Of a stretch of 64,000 bases of DNA, positions 11,768 to 24,720 are shown one piece after another (the stretch's first letter is position 1; every line of letters begins with the position of its first letter). The notes under the pieces are model-generated. The model was not told the DNA's origin, ran no database searches, and saw only the letters and a list, made by a program, of their open reading frames with translations. Made by a program: the position numbers and the translations under genes. The stretch spans positions 58,218,001-58,282,000 of the forward strand of contig NC_042999.1 of NCBI RefSeq assembly GCF_006345805.1. Reading direction: 5' to 3'. Source of the stretch: Octopus sinensis. Taxonomy: Eukaryota.

Positions 11768-12064
11768 AGGCGCAATGGCCCAGTGGTTAGGGCAGCGGAC
11801 TCGCGGTCGGAGGATCGTGGTTTCGATTCCCAGACCGGGCGTTGTGTGTGTTTATTGAGCGAAAACACCTAAAAGCTCCACGACGCTCCGGCAGGAGGTG
11901 GTGATCCCTGCTGTACTCTTTTACCACTCTTTCTCTCACTCTTTCTTCTGTTGGCCTGCTCGCTTAGCCAGTGGGGTGGCGTCGTTCGAAGGCTAAAACA
12001 ATGCAAAACACATGTATAGCAACATCTGATGGTCTGGTCGGTCACGGTACGGTGATCACGGTGA
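11765..12064 (+). mobile_element. tRNA-derived SINE family B
   Basis: GGAGGCGCAATGGCCCAGTGGTTAGGGCAGCGGACTCGCGGTCGGAGGATCGTGGTTTCGATTCCCAGACCGGG: a tRNA-like head with A and B boxes. Confidence 0.9.
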
Positions 12065-12069
12065 TATAT

Positions 12070-12147
<78 letters not shown>

Positions 12148-12152
12148 TATAT

Positions 12153-12353
12153 AGAGGCGCAATGGTCTAGTGGTTAGCTCCACGAGGCTCCGACAGGAGG
12201 TGGTGATCCCTGCTGTACTCTTTCACCACAACTTTCTCCCACTCTTTCTTCTGTTGGCCTGATCACTTAGCCAGTGGGGTGGCGTCATTTGAATGCTAAA
12301 ACAATGCGAAGCAACATCTGATAGCCTAGTCGGTCACGATGATCACGGTGATA
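12153..12353 (+). mobile_element. SINE B with internal deletion removing the B box
   Basis: GGTTAG is joined directly to CTCCACGAGG, about 95 nt shorter than 11765-12064. Same 3' tail. Confidence 0.85.
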
Positions 12354-14005
12354 TCTCTCTATATATAAAACTTAAGAACTACACAACCAATTTCGTTCAA
12401 ATGTTACACATGCCTTACTTAGGGTCCGGGGAGTGTCATCGGCAAAATTTATTTTAACTTTTTGCCTAGGGCGAGCCCACACCAATATCATATCTTTTCC
12501 ACTACGATTCCCTAAAACTTGAGAACTACACAACCAATTTCATTCAAATTTTACACATGCCTTACTTAGGCTCCATGTAGTTTCATGGGCAAAAAAATGT
12601 TCAACTTCTTGCCTAGGGCGAGCCCATAGCAATATCATATCTTCTCCACTATTTCAGTATTACGTGTTAAAAGGGAAACAAAAACATTTCTCTATTTTAT
12701 GTCAGATACTTTCACTTTAACAATAAAAATTAGAGATAATAATAACAATTGAATTATATGTAGTAAGTAATAATTAAAATCAAACTAAAGTATAATATAA
12801 TCGTAACATAACAAAAGTAAAAATAGCAATTGGTATAAAATTGCATCAATGACTTGATCTTGAATAAGTGCTTTCACATGAATGGGAATAAATTAAAAAT
12901 AAAATTAGCGTGCAGAAATGGAATACCGTTTACCACGGATTTTACGTTAGATTATCTGCTAATTTGCTAGCATTAAGTATCTATATGAAGTTTGGCTGTA
13001 TGTAATGTTTGTTTTCTCGAACAGCTGCTTCTACTGAGTACTGCTGTTGGTTTATTTCTTATACATAAAGGACTATAGCTTCAACTGCGTACTGCTTTTT
13101 GATTCACCGTAAGGTTTGTTGTTGTTATTATTATTACTGCTTAACTATTGTTATCACGTTTGTTGGTTCCTCGTAAAGGAAACGTTGTTGTATTGCATTT
13201 GTCAAATAATTGTAAATTGTAACCCTCCCCCTTTGAGAGAAGGAGCTTTGGTTATTGTTTAAAAATTGAATTGTGTCCCTGTTTGGGGAAACTGACAATA
13301 TTTTCACCGCTAACACGGAAGCATTTTTGTTAGGATGCCTACGATAGAAGAAAGTCCAAAAACGAATTTCGCTGCAGCCGTCGGCGGGCGCGAACTCATT
13401 AAAATTAAAATGGAAGAAATACAAACCTATTTCTGATTGTTCACCGACAAAGACGGTGAATCTAGGATAACACCACCAAACGAAATAAAAAATTAAATTG
13501 AAGAAAAGACTATTGTCTATAAAGTATACAATGTAGAGAAAAAAAAAAGATTTGAAAACCTGGAGGACAGCACCATCGAAAAGTGTCTTGGCGCGACTAT
13601 GAAAGATATCTAACCAGTGGCGGTAAATTTGCCACAATAGAAGCAAGGTTCGAGTCAACGGAGCGTGCAAGGGAGTACTCGACTCGAACCTTGCAAAGTG
13701 GAAATATTTTATTTTTACCTTTATATCTGGGACGTAGGACGTCCCGGATAAAAATTAAAAATGTCCCCCCAGAAGTAGAGGTAGGCTGGATTGTAGCCAC
13801 ACTTCTATACAAGAGGGAGGACAAGATACAATTGATCGAAATTCCAGTCTGTTATATATTTTGAGTATTGTTATCACTAGCGATATCAAGATATAACTTT
13901 GTATTTTGTATTTTATGTGTAGATGTATATATATGTACATGTAATATGTACACATATATACATGCACTAGCACTATGACCCGGCAACGACGAGTCATAAT
14001 GCTAG
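12354..14005 (+). mobile_element. Non-autonomous Helitron, apparently full length (~1.65 kb)
   Basis: 5' A|TC...TATATAAAA, two 147-bp subrepeats, and a 3' hairpin TATGACCCG-GCAACGA-CGAGTCATA followed by CTAG|T (14002-14006). A second copy lies at 26161-27703(-). Confidence 0.8.
13336..13855 (+). pseudogene. Captured N-terminal fragment of a LINE ORF1-like protein inside the Helitron
   Basis: MPTIEESPKTNFAAAVGG...KFATIEARFESTERAREYSTRTLQSGNILFLPLYLGRRTSRIKIKNVPPEVEVGWIVATLL with frameshifts. ORF1 assignment is by resemblance only. Confidence 0.55.
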
Positions 14006-14014
14006 TATATATAT

Positions 14015-14065
<51 letters not shown>

Positions 14066-14469
14066 TACTGTGAAATAGGTGCTTGTAAAATAACATACGT
14101 CTATTCATTCCATCGACAAGAAATTAAATTACCAAAGGGGTATTTGATCGAAGTACATTAGTTTATGCGTATACTAAAGGCTGAGGTAAAGCGGAACACG
14201 CAATGTAGTAAGCAAAATAGAAATGTTGTAAAGTTTCTTCTGTACACCGTTCAATAATTTCGGATTAACATATAAGTATTATATTTTTTTAATGCCTACA
14301 ACCCTAGTATGTTGACATCTATAGGCAATGAAAATTAGATTCACTTTTGAACCATAGGCTGAAACAGCTGTAAGAAGTAATTTCTGGATTTCAATAATTT
14401 ATGATATGACTTTTAAATCTGTATTTGTATTATTATCTTATCTATTGATTTATATAATAGCACAATCGG

Positions 14470-14670
14470 TACCGCGCCAGACAAAATATGCTTCCGACGT
14501 TACATTCTAAGTTCAAATGCTGCCGGGGTCGACTTTGCCTTTCATTTTTTTCATTATTTCGAGGATGGGGTGATAAAATAAGTGTTAGTTGAGCATTGGC
14601 TCGATGTAATCAATTGACCTCATCCCACGAAATTGCTGGCCTGGTGCCAAAATTTGAAACCAATAATTTC
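14470..14670 (+). mobile_element. SINE A, degenerate
   Basis: Similarity to other SINE A copies. Confidence 0.7.
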
Positions 14671-15119
14671 GAACTTATAGATTACATCACAGAATAGAAA
14701 CTCCAGACGTGTGCTATTTTATATACGTTCATCTAAGCGAAGTATAGCTTTGTCAGAATTGGAAATATATATGTTTTGTTGTGATATGTACGCCTTCTTT
14801 TATTTTCTGTTCATTTCATTTACATTATATTTAAATTTTTATATACATATATCATTGATCAAAACTTATATAAGATCTGTTGAGTACTCTCCATAGACAT
14901 TGCACAAATACATTATCGATGAATTGTACGAATATTTTCTGACATGACTACTATTCCGTGACGAGGATTTCATGTTCGAAATTATTGATTGCTGTTGTGA
15001 AAAGAAATTCTACCCCGAAGAGTCCTTGTTTGAAACTTACTACACTTCGAATTTATTTAGTATACATCGTGTTTTGCTTTACGTTGCCATAAATATATAA
15101 ACGACTCTATTTCGGTCAT

Positions 15120-15860
15120 TTTCTTCCGGTATTTTGTCTGCCGTTACGTTCTGAGTTCAAAATCCGCCGAGGTCGACTTTGCCTTTCCTCCTTTGGGGGT
15201 CGATTAAATAAGTACCAGTTACGCACTGGGGTCGATGTAATCAACTTAATCCCTTTGTCTATCCTTGTTTGTCCTCTCTGTGTCTAGCCCCTTGTGGGAA
15301 ATAAAGAAATGATTATTTTATGTGAAGGCGTATGGCTTAGTGGTTGGAGCGTCGAGCTTGCAACCATGAGGCAGTGAGTTCGATTCCCGGACCGGGCTGT
15401 GCGACGTCACTGGTGTCAAGCTGTATCGCCCTTTGCCTTTCCCTTCATAACATCGGTGACATGGAGATGGGGGAGGCTAGTATAGATGAGTGGCTGCTGG
15501 TCTTCCATAAACAACCTTCCCCGGACTTGCGTCTTGGAGGGGAAATTTCTAGGCGCAATCTCATGGTCATTCATGGCCGATGGTGGTGGGTCTTTTACCC
15601 CTTATTTGTTACAAAATCGGCGACATCCAAAATTAAATGTATAAACATTGATTTCAGATTTTGGCACAAGGCCAGCAATTCTGAGGGAGGGAAGAGGTCG
15701 AATATATCGCCCCCCAGTACTCAACTGGTACTTGTTTTATGGACCCCGATTGGATGAAAAGCAAAGTCGACCTCGGTAGAATTTGAAATCAGAACGTAAA
15801 GACGGACGAAATGCCGCTAAGCATTTTGTCCGGTGTGCTAACGATTCTGCGAGCTCTCAG
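15120..15860. mobile_element. SINE cluster: A(+) 15120-15310, B-type(+) 15325-15600, A(-) 15640-15860
   Basis: Internal similarity to family members. The B-type copy has A/B boxes (TGGCTTAGTGG, GAGTTCGATTCC). Confidence 0.75.
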
Positions 15861-16319
15861 CCTTATTGAATACATACATATTACATTTTGATATGTACAT
15901 GATGAACTTTGTGTGTGTGTGAGTGAGCATAATCGTACCCACGTGCATACGTGTACATACATACGTGTGCACTCACAAACACAAACACAAACATTCACCT
16001 ATGTACATACGCACATACACAAAGTATTGAAAACACGATAGTTTAGTTTTATGGTTTTTAAACAAAGGTTTTCCGTAATTTCTTACTTGTTCCTTGCAAT
16101 TTACCTGGAACAGTATAGTTTCCAAATCTATCATCAACTAACTATTCTAGAGCAGAGTTATCTTCCCCAATGAAGTGATATATTTTGTCACCTTTTCATT
16201 GTGATTGGTGTAGATGGGTGACCAGAATTTGGAGTTTTGACCGTTAGAGGTATACGTTATCAGCAAGGTATATTTTTTGCGTGTGATAAGTGCATGTTTT
16301 ATATATATATATATTTATA

Positions 16320-17627
16320 CTAGCAGAGCTACCCGGCGTTGCCCGTGTTACATACAATTGAAGAATTAGACTTTTCTGTTATATTTTCTCTAATGAACTG
16401 GAATATCTGTGTTTCGAATTTCATCAAAATTGCAGATGAGAGTTATTTCCCTCTTTACACACCCCCAAAAATTGTAATCGTGCCACATATATCCCATACT
16501 ACTGATTTTTATGCGCATATTCCAAAATTCCAGTCTTATTGAACCTGTTAAAAATATTTTGCTCGTGAAAAATGAAGGTCATAGAGCTCTAAAATGTGAG
16601 AGTTAAGGACCCCTGTTGGGGGTGGGCGTCTTAATGTCAACCAGAGAAGTTGAATTGTTGAGAATCTTTTTTTACATGGGTCTTATATCTTTTGTTTGAA
16701 TTTCTTTGAAATAGGAAATATTTATTCACTGGGTTTGTAAAAGAGAGCAAAGCTACAGGAAACCAAAAGACGAATGATCACAATAAGCAGTCAGCTACCC
16801 TACACTAGTCGTTACCACTCCCAATATAGGATTCCTCACCATCCAGGTGACAGGCACAGCCGTAAGATGCATTACGAATCTATAGCAATTGGAAGGGCGT
16901 GACCCAACTGAAATAAACATTAACAACTGTGTGACGTGAGGGCTAAGGAGAAATGAAAGTTGGAGTTTGCAAATGACCACTATACTGATATGTAACTGGA
17001 CAGAATAAATTTACAATCTATAAATGTCTTTGAATAACCAGTCACTCATCTGGGAAGGCCTTGAAATCAATGTTACCATCTGGGGACTATGTGTGACCGA
17101 GTGATAATAAAAAGACTGAAAGGATGTCTGCAATCAAATAACTTTACTCAACACTTTGCAACTGAATCAGTGGAGGCAAAGATGCCTCTCATTTACTTGA
17201 CAATTTATGCACCACATTTCAGAAATCACAATGTAAGTGTATGCCAAAGCAAACTCTTACACTGTTGTACCATTGAAATACAAATAATGCTCAACTTTTA
17301 TGCACGGGTAACCCTACAGCTTCCATTAGCACAACTGTATTCGTTTTTGCTTTGATAAAATGACAAAATTGTGGGTGTTAACTCCCCATGGTGGGGTCTT
17401 TATAACTTGTAAGAAGATGAAATTTTATAAATATTACTTCATTTGTGTCTAATATCTATGGTTAAAATTTCCTCAACAGCAAAAATATATGAATTGTCAT
17501 GGGGGTTATGGTCCTTATGCATAGAATATAATTTCCAAATTTCATAAAGATCCATTCAGTGATTTTGACCTAGTTTTGGATCAAAAAAGAAATGACTAAA
17601 ATTTGGGAGTTAAGGCTCCCATTAGGG

Positions 17628-17630
<3 letters not shown>
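16320..17630 (-). mobile_element. Second non-autonomous Helitron-like family
   Basis: Minus-strand 3' end is ACACGGGCAACGCCGGGT (hairpin) ...CTAG|T at 16319-16348. The 5' boundary is uncertain and runs into (TA)n. Confidence 0.55.
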
Positions 17631-17724
<94 letters not shown>

Positions 17725-17726
17725 AT

Positions 17727-17863
17727 AATTAATCAATATAGGGTGGCAAAAAATTTCGTAGAATTTATTTGCCACCAGCGGCCTAGTGGGAAAAAATGTT
17801 ATTTTGCGGTTGAAGCTTTGGCTGTTATTTCTAGTGGGTGAATGGCCTATTATGGCCATTCCT
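17727..17863. mobile_element. Diverged fragment of the 57-kb hammerhead element family, with an inversion junction
   Basis: 17727-17793 resembles 57295-57365, and 17800-17863 resembles 57615-57678. No ribozyme core retained. Confidence 0.7.
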
Positions 17864-18213
17864 TGATTGTGATGATATATATATATATATGTATATATGT
17901 AGATAGATAGATAGATAGATATAGATATATATACACACACATACAAAGATAAATTGATAGATACAACTGATTGGGCAAACAAAAATATGAGACACAGCCT
18001 AGTGCTTTTTTATGTTGATAAGCCTGGTACTTATTGTATTAGTTTGTTTTTGTAAAACCAGTAAGATAAGTGGATGTAAATAAATGAACAGCAGTTGTGA
18101 AGCAGTGATGAGGGTGAAACACAGAGACAAAGACACACACATACACTTACATGTATACGTACATATATATACGATCGATTTGTTTAAGTTCCTGTCTACG
18201 AAATCCATATATA

Positions 18214-20590
18214 TTGTTGCTGGCATCCTTTTTGTCTCGGGAGACAATGGAGTTGCGCATATATTAATCTAGTCCGGCTTTTACATTTCATGTCCTAATA
18301 CATCTCCAGCTGTGGCTGTGTAGTCCTATCCTGGACAAACACTCCCTCTGGCAGGTGCCGCAAATGTAGCGAAGACTTTGCCTGGCTTCTTGTAATGTCA
18401 TACTTTCTTGTTGACGTCTTTTCTTGTCTTTCCATTTCTCCTCTCTATGTCACTCTTTGTGTTCCCTCTTTTACGGTACGTCGCCAATCTCCATGGTTGC
18501 TGGCAACTGCTTCCCAGTTGGTAATATTGATGTTGCAGGTATTCATGTCCCTTTTGCAAACATCCTTGTATCGTAAGAACGGTCTTCCCACAGACCTAGT
18601 GCCCCAAGCAAGCTCTCCGTAGAGTATGTCCTTGGGAATTCTGCCATCTTCCATACGGCTAACATGTCCAAGCCATCTCATACGTCTTTGTGTGAGGAGT
18701 GCAAAAATGCTTGGTATTCCTGCTTGCTTGAGGACATCTTTGTTGCGGACATGATTCTGACCCATGATGTTGGTCTTCTTGGGGCTGATAACTAAGCCAA
18801 AGTCGCTACATGCCTGCTCAAAACAGTTGATGAGCCTTTGTAGGGCTTCTTCTGTGTGTGATACCAGAGCGGCATCATTAGCAAATAGCACCTCCTTGAT
18901 CAGGACGCTTCTGATTTTGGTCTTGGCACGCAGACGCAAGAGATTGAACATTTTCCCGTCACTTCTACTGTGCAGAAACACTCTATCATCTGACGTCTGA
19001 AAGGCATGTGACAGCAGCAGCGAGAAGAAGATGCCAAATAATGTAGGAGCAAAAGCACAACCTTGCTTTACCCCGGTTTTTATTTGGAAGGCGGTTGATG
19101 TTGTACCATTGTGCTGTATGGTGTCTTGCATATCATCATGGAAAGATTTGATGATCCTCAGCAGCTTTGGTGGACATCCGATTTTGGAGCAGGATGAAGA
19201 GACCTTTTCTACTTATCAAGTCAAAGGCCTTTATCAGATCAATGAAGGCCATATATAATGGCACTTTCTGCTCCCTGGACTTCTCCTGAAGTTGGCGTAT
19301 GGAGAATATCATGTCAATAGTTGATCTGCTTCTTCTAAAGCCACACTGCGATTCTGGATAAATTCGAGAAGCAAGCAGTATTAGCCTGGACAGGATAATG
19401 CGAACAAAGGCTTTCCAACAGTGTTTAGAAGAGATATTCCACGGTAATTGTTACAATCACCACGTTCACCTTTGTTTTTGTAAAGCGTAATGATGTTAGC
19501 ATCCCGCATATCCTGAGGGACTGTACCCTCTCCCCAGCACTGACACAGAAGCTCATGAAGGTGCCGAAGCAGGATAGTGTTTTTGCCGGTTTTGATGATC
19601 TCTAAGGGGATGACGTCTTTTCCCGGAGCCTTGTTACTTGATAGGGAGTCAATAGCCTTGGTGAGCTCTGCTATAGATGGCAGACTGTCAAGTTCACACA
19701 TGACTGGCAAGATCTTGACACCCTCGATTGCAGCCTCAGCTACCGTGGTCTCCCTGAGTAGAGATCCTGGTAGTACCCACCATCTATCCATTTGCTTGCT
19801 TTGGTCCTTGATGAGATCTCCAGTAGTTGATTTCAGAGGGGCTGACTTGGTTGCGGATGGACCGAGGGCCTTCTTCAAACCGGCATACATCACATGGGTG
19901 TCGCCACTGTCAGCAGCTGACTGGATACTCTGACAGATTTCCTGCCAATACCTATTTGCACAGCGTCTGGGAGTCAGTTGGGTTTTATTTCTTGCTTTTC
20001 TGAGTTCTTCGAGTGATTTTGTAGAAGAATCACTTTTGTATTGCATCAGAGCTGCACGCTTTGCTTCGATAACTGTTTCCAGCTCTGAGAGCCCAGCACT
20101 GAACCAATCTGGGTTTTGCCTTTCTCTCATGCCGAAAGTATCTATTGATGTGGTATACAAAGCTTCCCTGATATAATTCCACCTACTTTCAGCAGAGGAG
20201 GTTGGGCAGCTACTGAGGGCAACCTTGATGCAAACAGCAAAACATTGTCGCAGTGTAGAGTCCGAGGTTCTGGCAGTGTTAATGCGTGGTCGGCCCATTT
20301 TCTTGGAGTGATGGACTTTGTTAGGCAGAATCCTCACCCTGCTTCTTATTAGTGAATGATGTATGTCACAATCCGCACTGGGGTAACTATGGGTCAGTTG
20401 AACAGAAATCAGAAAGGATCTTCGTGTAATGATGAGATCCAGTTGATGCAGTGGTGAGATATTGGATGTCTCCAAGATGCCTTGTGGGATGTCTGTTGGC
20501 AAAGAATGTGTGGTGATGCACGGGTTATGTATGTGCAAAATTCAAGTAGTCTCTGACCATTGTCATTCATGTTGCCAATACCAAAACACT
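18214..20590 (-). mobile_element. RTE-clade LINE, 5'-truncated, with internal deletions
   Basis: APE remnant (LDLIITRR..DCDIHHSL), RT (KAPGKD, NYRGISLL, GVKQGCAFAPTLFGIFF, LFANDAAL), C-terminal RRMRWLGHV and C..C..H..C, and an RTE-type 3' end TCCATTGTCTCCCGAGAC...GGATGCC(AAC). Confidence 0.92.
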
Positions 20591-20653
20591 ACACTTACAT
20601 ATATACATACATATATATATACGTTGATTTGTTTCAGTCCCGGTCTACGAAAT

Positions 20654-20699
<46 letters not shown>

Positions 20700-20755
20700 A
20701 TGTACGTACACACACACACACACACACACACACCACACACACACACACACACACA

Positions 20756-20802
<47 letters not shown>

Positions 20803-20806
<4 letters not shown>

Positions 20807-21171
20807 GGTAAATGATAGATACAATTGAGTGGGCAAACAAAAATATGAGACACTGCGTAGTGCTTTTTTATATTTGATAAGCCTGATACTTATTCCATCA
20901 GTTTCTTCTTGAGAAACCAGTAAGTTATGGGGATTGTAAATAAACGAACACCAGGTGTGAAGCAGTAGTGAGAGGGAGAAACACAAAGACACACACATAG
21001 ACTTACATATATAGACATACATATACATACAATTGATTTCTTTCAGTTTCTGTCTACAAAATCCACTGAGAAGGCTTTGGTTGGTCTGAAGCTTTAGCAG
21101 AAGACACATGCCAAGTTACCACACAGTGGGACTGAACTGAAGACCATGTGTTTTGGAACCAAGATTGTTAT
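20803..21171 (-). mobile_element. SINE family C
   Basis: Reverse complement of the 24275-24720 type. Confidence 0.75.
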
Positions 21172-21459
21172 TACACAGCCAAACCTGCACCTATGTATGT
21201 GTGTGTGTGGGTGGGTGGAGGTGTGTGTATGGGTGTATATATGTATGCATGTATATGTGTATATATTACATATACATCTATATATATATATATACATCTA
21301 GACATACATGTATACATATACATGTATACATATACATGTATACATATACATCTATAAATATACATGTATATATATATATATATATCATCCATAGTAATAC
21401 ATGATATATATATATATACATGTATATATATTATATATATATATATATATTATATATAT

Positions 21460-21496
<37 letters not shown>

Positions 21497-21497
<1 letters not shown>

Positions 21498-21888
21498 CAT
21501 GACAATAGAGAGCTGTTTTTATTTCACTTTTAACACGTAATATTGCTGTGGGCCCGCCCTAGGCAAGAAGTTAAACATTTTGTTTGCCCATGACACTACA
21601 TGGATCCTAAGTAAGGCATGTCTAAAATTTGAATGAATTTGGTTGTGTAGTTCTCAAGTTATAGGGATTCATAGTGGAGAAGATATGATATTGCTATGGG
21701 CTCGCCCTATGCAAGAAGTTAGAAATTTGTTTTGCAAATGACACTCCATGGACCCTAAGTAAGGCATGTGTAAAATTTGAATGAAATTGGTTGTGTAGTT
21801 CTCAAGTTTATGGATTGACACATACAAACAGACAGCTGGACAGAGAGACAGACAGACAGACACACATTCTCAGTTTTATATATATAGA
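21497..21888 (-). mobile_element. 5' part of the same Helitron family as 12354-14005
   Basis: TCTATATATATAAAACTGAGAATGTGTGT(CTGT)n followed by two subrepeat units. Confidence 0.8.
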
Positions 21889-21899
21889 TATACTAGGAA

Positions 21900-23600
21900 G
21901 GGATTAGGATTAGCTAAGGACTTGGAGGAAGCAATGGAATCTGTCTCTGCAGCTCAGGTGACGGCCAAGAGACTGGCGTTAAACCAGCATCTCGAAGCCC
22001 AACATGGGTTGCATTGTTGGAGCCAGCATTCGTACATTGGTTGTAAAGGAATCAAGGCAGCAGGATGGGCCCGAGTGGTGGAAGCTCAACGTGGCAATGA
22101 TGGCACAATTCGATCTTTGATGAACCAAAGAGGTAAGTTGATAAACGAGTCAGAGGAGATGCGTGAAGTCTTTCAGAAGCACTTTGCCCAGCTTTTCGGG
22201 GTTGGGGAAGCGGGCCGGACAGTAAGAGGGACCTAACGGATTTCCTCACCGGGATACTGCGCCTCTCAGAGCTAGACGTGGAGTGTTGTGAAGGGCCGAT
22301 CACGCCTGAGGAGGTAATTGAGGCTATGGCGCACCGCGACGCGAGTAAGACACCGGGAATAGATGGTCTACCCTGTGAACTGTATAAGAGTAGGCCAGAC
22401 TTGTTCGGGCACCTGCTGGTGAATGTCTACGCGAACTGACAGCAGAATGGGTTCATCCCCAGATCTGTGCACCGGGGAATGGTGAGGCTTGTCAGAAAGG
22501 ACCCGAACAAGGGGGGACTGCATTGATAATTTTCGGCTCATCACTCTGCTAAACACAGAGTTGAAGATTTTGACCAAAGTGTTCTCGATAAGATTGGCGC
22601 GTGTCGCGGATGGCTTGATCGGGAAGGCACAGGCATGTGCCGTTTCCCGGTAGAACCATTCAGGATAATCTCCATCTTCTACAGTACACTGTAGAAGAGT
22701 TTCATAATGATTCTTGCAAGGGAGGGACAGTGGTCGATTTAGACCAATCAAAGGCTTTTGATAGGTAGGCCATCATTACCTGGTGTCCGTTCTCGGCCAC
22801 AGTTCGGCCTGGGTATTAGCTTCTTCAGGTGGATCATTGAAATTTTATAACAACATCTACTCGGTAGTTGGGTGTGACGGCTTTTTATCTAAGCCGCTCA
22901 GCTTCAAACGCTCGGTTCGTCAAGGGTGTCCTACTCCCGCGCGTTTGTATGTAATGGCTCTTGAGCCATGCTGCGAAAATTGAGCCAGGGAGGGCGGAGG
23001 TGACCAATGTGTTCATCGCATCGGTCATCACCTACTGCCTAATCGTCGTTCCCTGCCCTGAATCGTTGTTGAGCAAGCTGGAAGCCCTAGGCCTCGACAA
23101 TAATCAGCTGGTCAATCTGTTCCAACGTACATTCGGGCCGAAGACACTGGATAACTTCCAGACGTCTTTGGCATGGCAATGTTACCGAGGAACCTTACCT
23201 GTCCGGGACAAACTCGCAATCATGGTGGCCCTCATCCACCGACCTGTCCAAGATGTGGGGAAACCGTCCCGCATGCTATTGTTCAGTGTTCAATGGTTTC
23301 AGATGTGTGGGTTTATGCCGAACAACTATTGTCTAGTACAGGAAGAGTACAGTTATCGACTGAGTCAATAGTAAAAATTGACCCACCGGATTTCCTATCG
23401 AAAGAAGGTAAGAATTGTTTTCTCATCGTAGTAGCAATTGCAAGAAGGGTGATTTGGAAGACGCGAATGAAAGGTTTAATGGCAGGCATTTTTATCTCTA
23501 GCCCTGGGTTGGTGGATTTCTTCACCTTCCCACATAAGAAGGAAATAGGGCTTAGGAGAGCAACGAACATCAGTATTCAAGAATGAAGAGCAAAATCGTG
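21900..23600 (+). mobile_element. Tx1/L1-clade LINE ORF2 relic
   Basis: GIDGLPCELY, DNFRLITLLNTELKILTKV, KAFDR..HHYL, SVRQGCP and a C-terminal CPRCGETVPHAIVQC, with many disablements. Confidence 0.88.
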
Positions 23601-24274
23601 TGATTTTACCATAGCAGCAACAAAGTTTTCCTTTTCGAAATCAGCAAACTACTAAAGTTGCAGCCATGCTCAATGGGCAGCGAAGATTGGTGCAGGGTCC
23701 CTTGGAGTGACGAGTCACGCTTCTGAATATTTAGATCAGATGGTAAAACATATGTCAGACGTCGCCCAACCGAGGAATTCCATCTTTTCTGACACAGCTG
23801 CAGGTATGGAATAATACTCTCATTGCCTCTTTGAATTTGCCTTTATATATTTTATATATTTCAGGTTTATATTTCTATATGCTTATCATCAGATTCTTAA
23901 TATGAATATGTGGATATTCGAATGGAATAATACCTCCTGTCTTACATCTGAATTATGAATTTACTTTTCAGAATACTTTAAGACAAATATCTGAAATTTT
24001 TATCGGATATCAAATTTATTAATCTTTAGCTAATATACGGGCGAAACAACAGTTGTACTATATACTGAAGCTTTATTTCTGTTAAAATTCTCGTATTATA
24101 TATATGTACATATACATTCATACATACAAGTTCCATTCTAGTAGGTTTCAAGAATAATACACCTTAATATCTCATCTTTTCTCATATTTTATGCCAAAGA
24201 CATGTATTTTCTATTCTGGTTTATATATACCTTTTTCTACTAATACTTTATATTTATATGTATATATATAAATA

Positions 24275-24720
24275 TAAGTAGCTTCCTTACAAACCACATG
24301 GTTCCGGGTTCAGTCCCACTGCGTGGCATCTTGGGCAAGTGCCTTCTACTATAGCCTCGGGCCGACCAAAGCCTTGTGAGTGGATTTGGTAGACGGATAC
24401 TGAAAGAAGCCGCGGTCGTATGTATATATATATATATTATATTATTATATATAATATATATATTATATATATATATACACATATGTATGTATGTGTGTGT
24501 GTGTGTGTGTGGGTGTGTTGTGTGTGTGTGTGCGCGCGCGCGTTTGTGTGTCACTGTTTGTCCACTCAATATCGCTTGACAACCGATGCTGGTGTGTTTA
24601 ACACGCCGTAACTTAGCGTTACGAGATGGATAGAATAAGTACTAGGCTTACATAGAATAAGTCCTGGGGTCGATTTGCACGACTAAAGGCGTTACTCAAG
24701 CATGACTGAAAGAAGTAAAA
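24275..24720 (+). mobile_element. SINE family C with internal (TA)/(TG) expansion
   Basis: GGTTCCGGGTTCAGTCCCACTGCGTGGC head and family 3' end. Confidence 0.85.

Noticed and set aside
11765-11840. tRNA gene
   Set aside because: It is the tRNA-like head of a multi-copy SINE that continues into family body and tail; no acceptor stem closure or terminator.
22368-22751. 127-aa minus-strand ORF (likewise 18764-19000, 19577-19933, 49468-49848)
   Set aside because: Antisense shadows of LINE RT coding sequence.
23730-23765. CTGAATA...AAAACATATGTC
   Set aside because: Core residues G8 and G12 are missing and no stems form.
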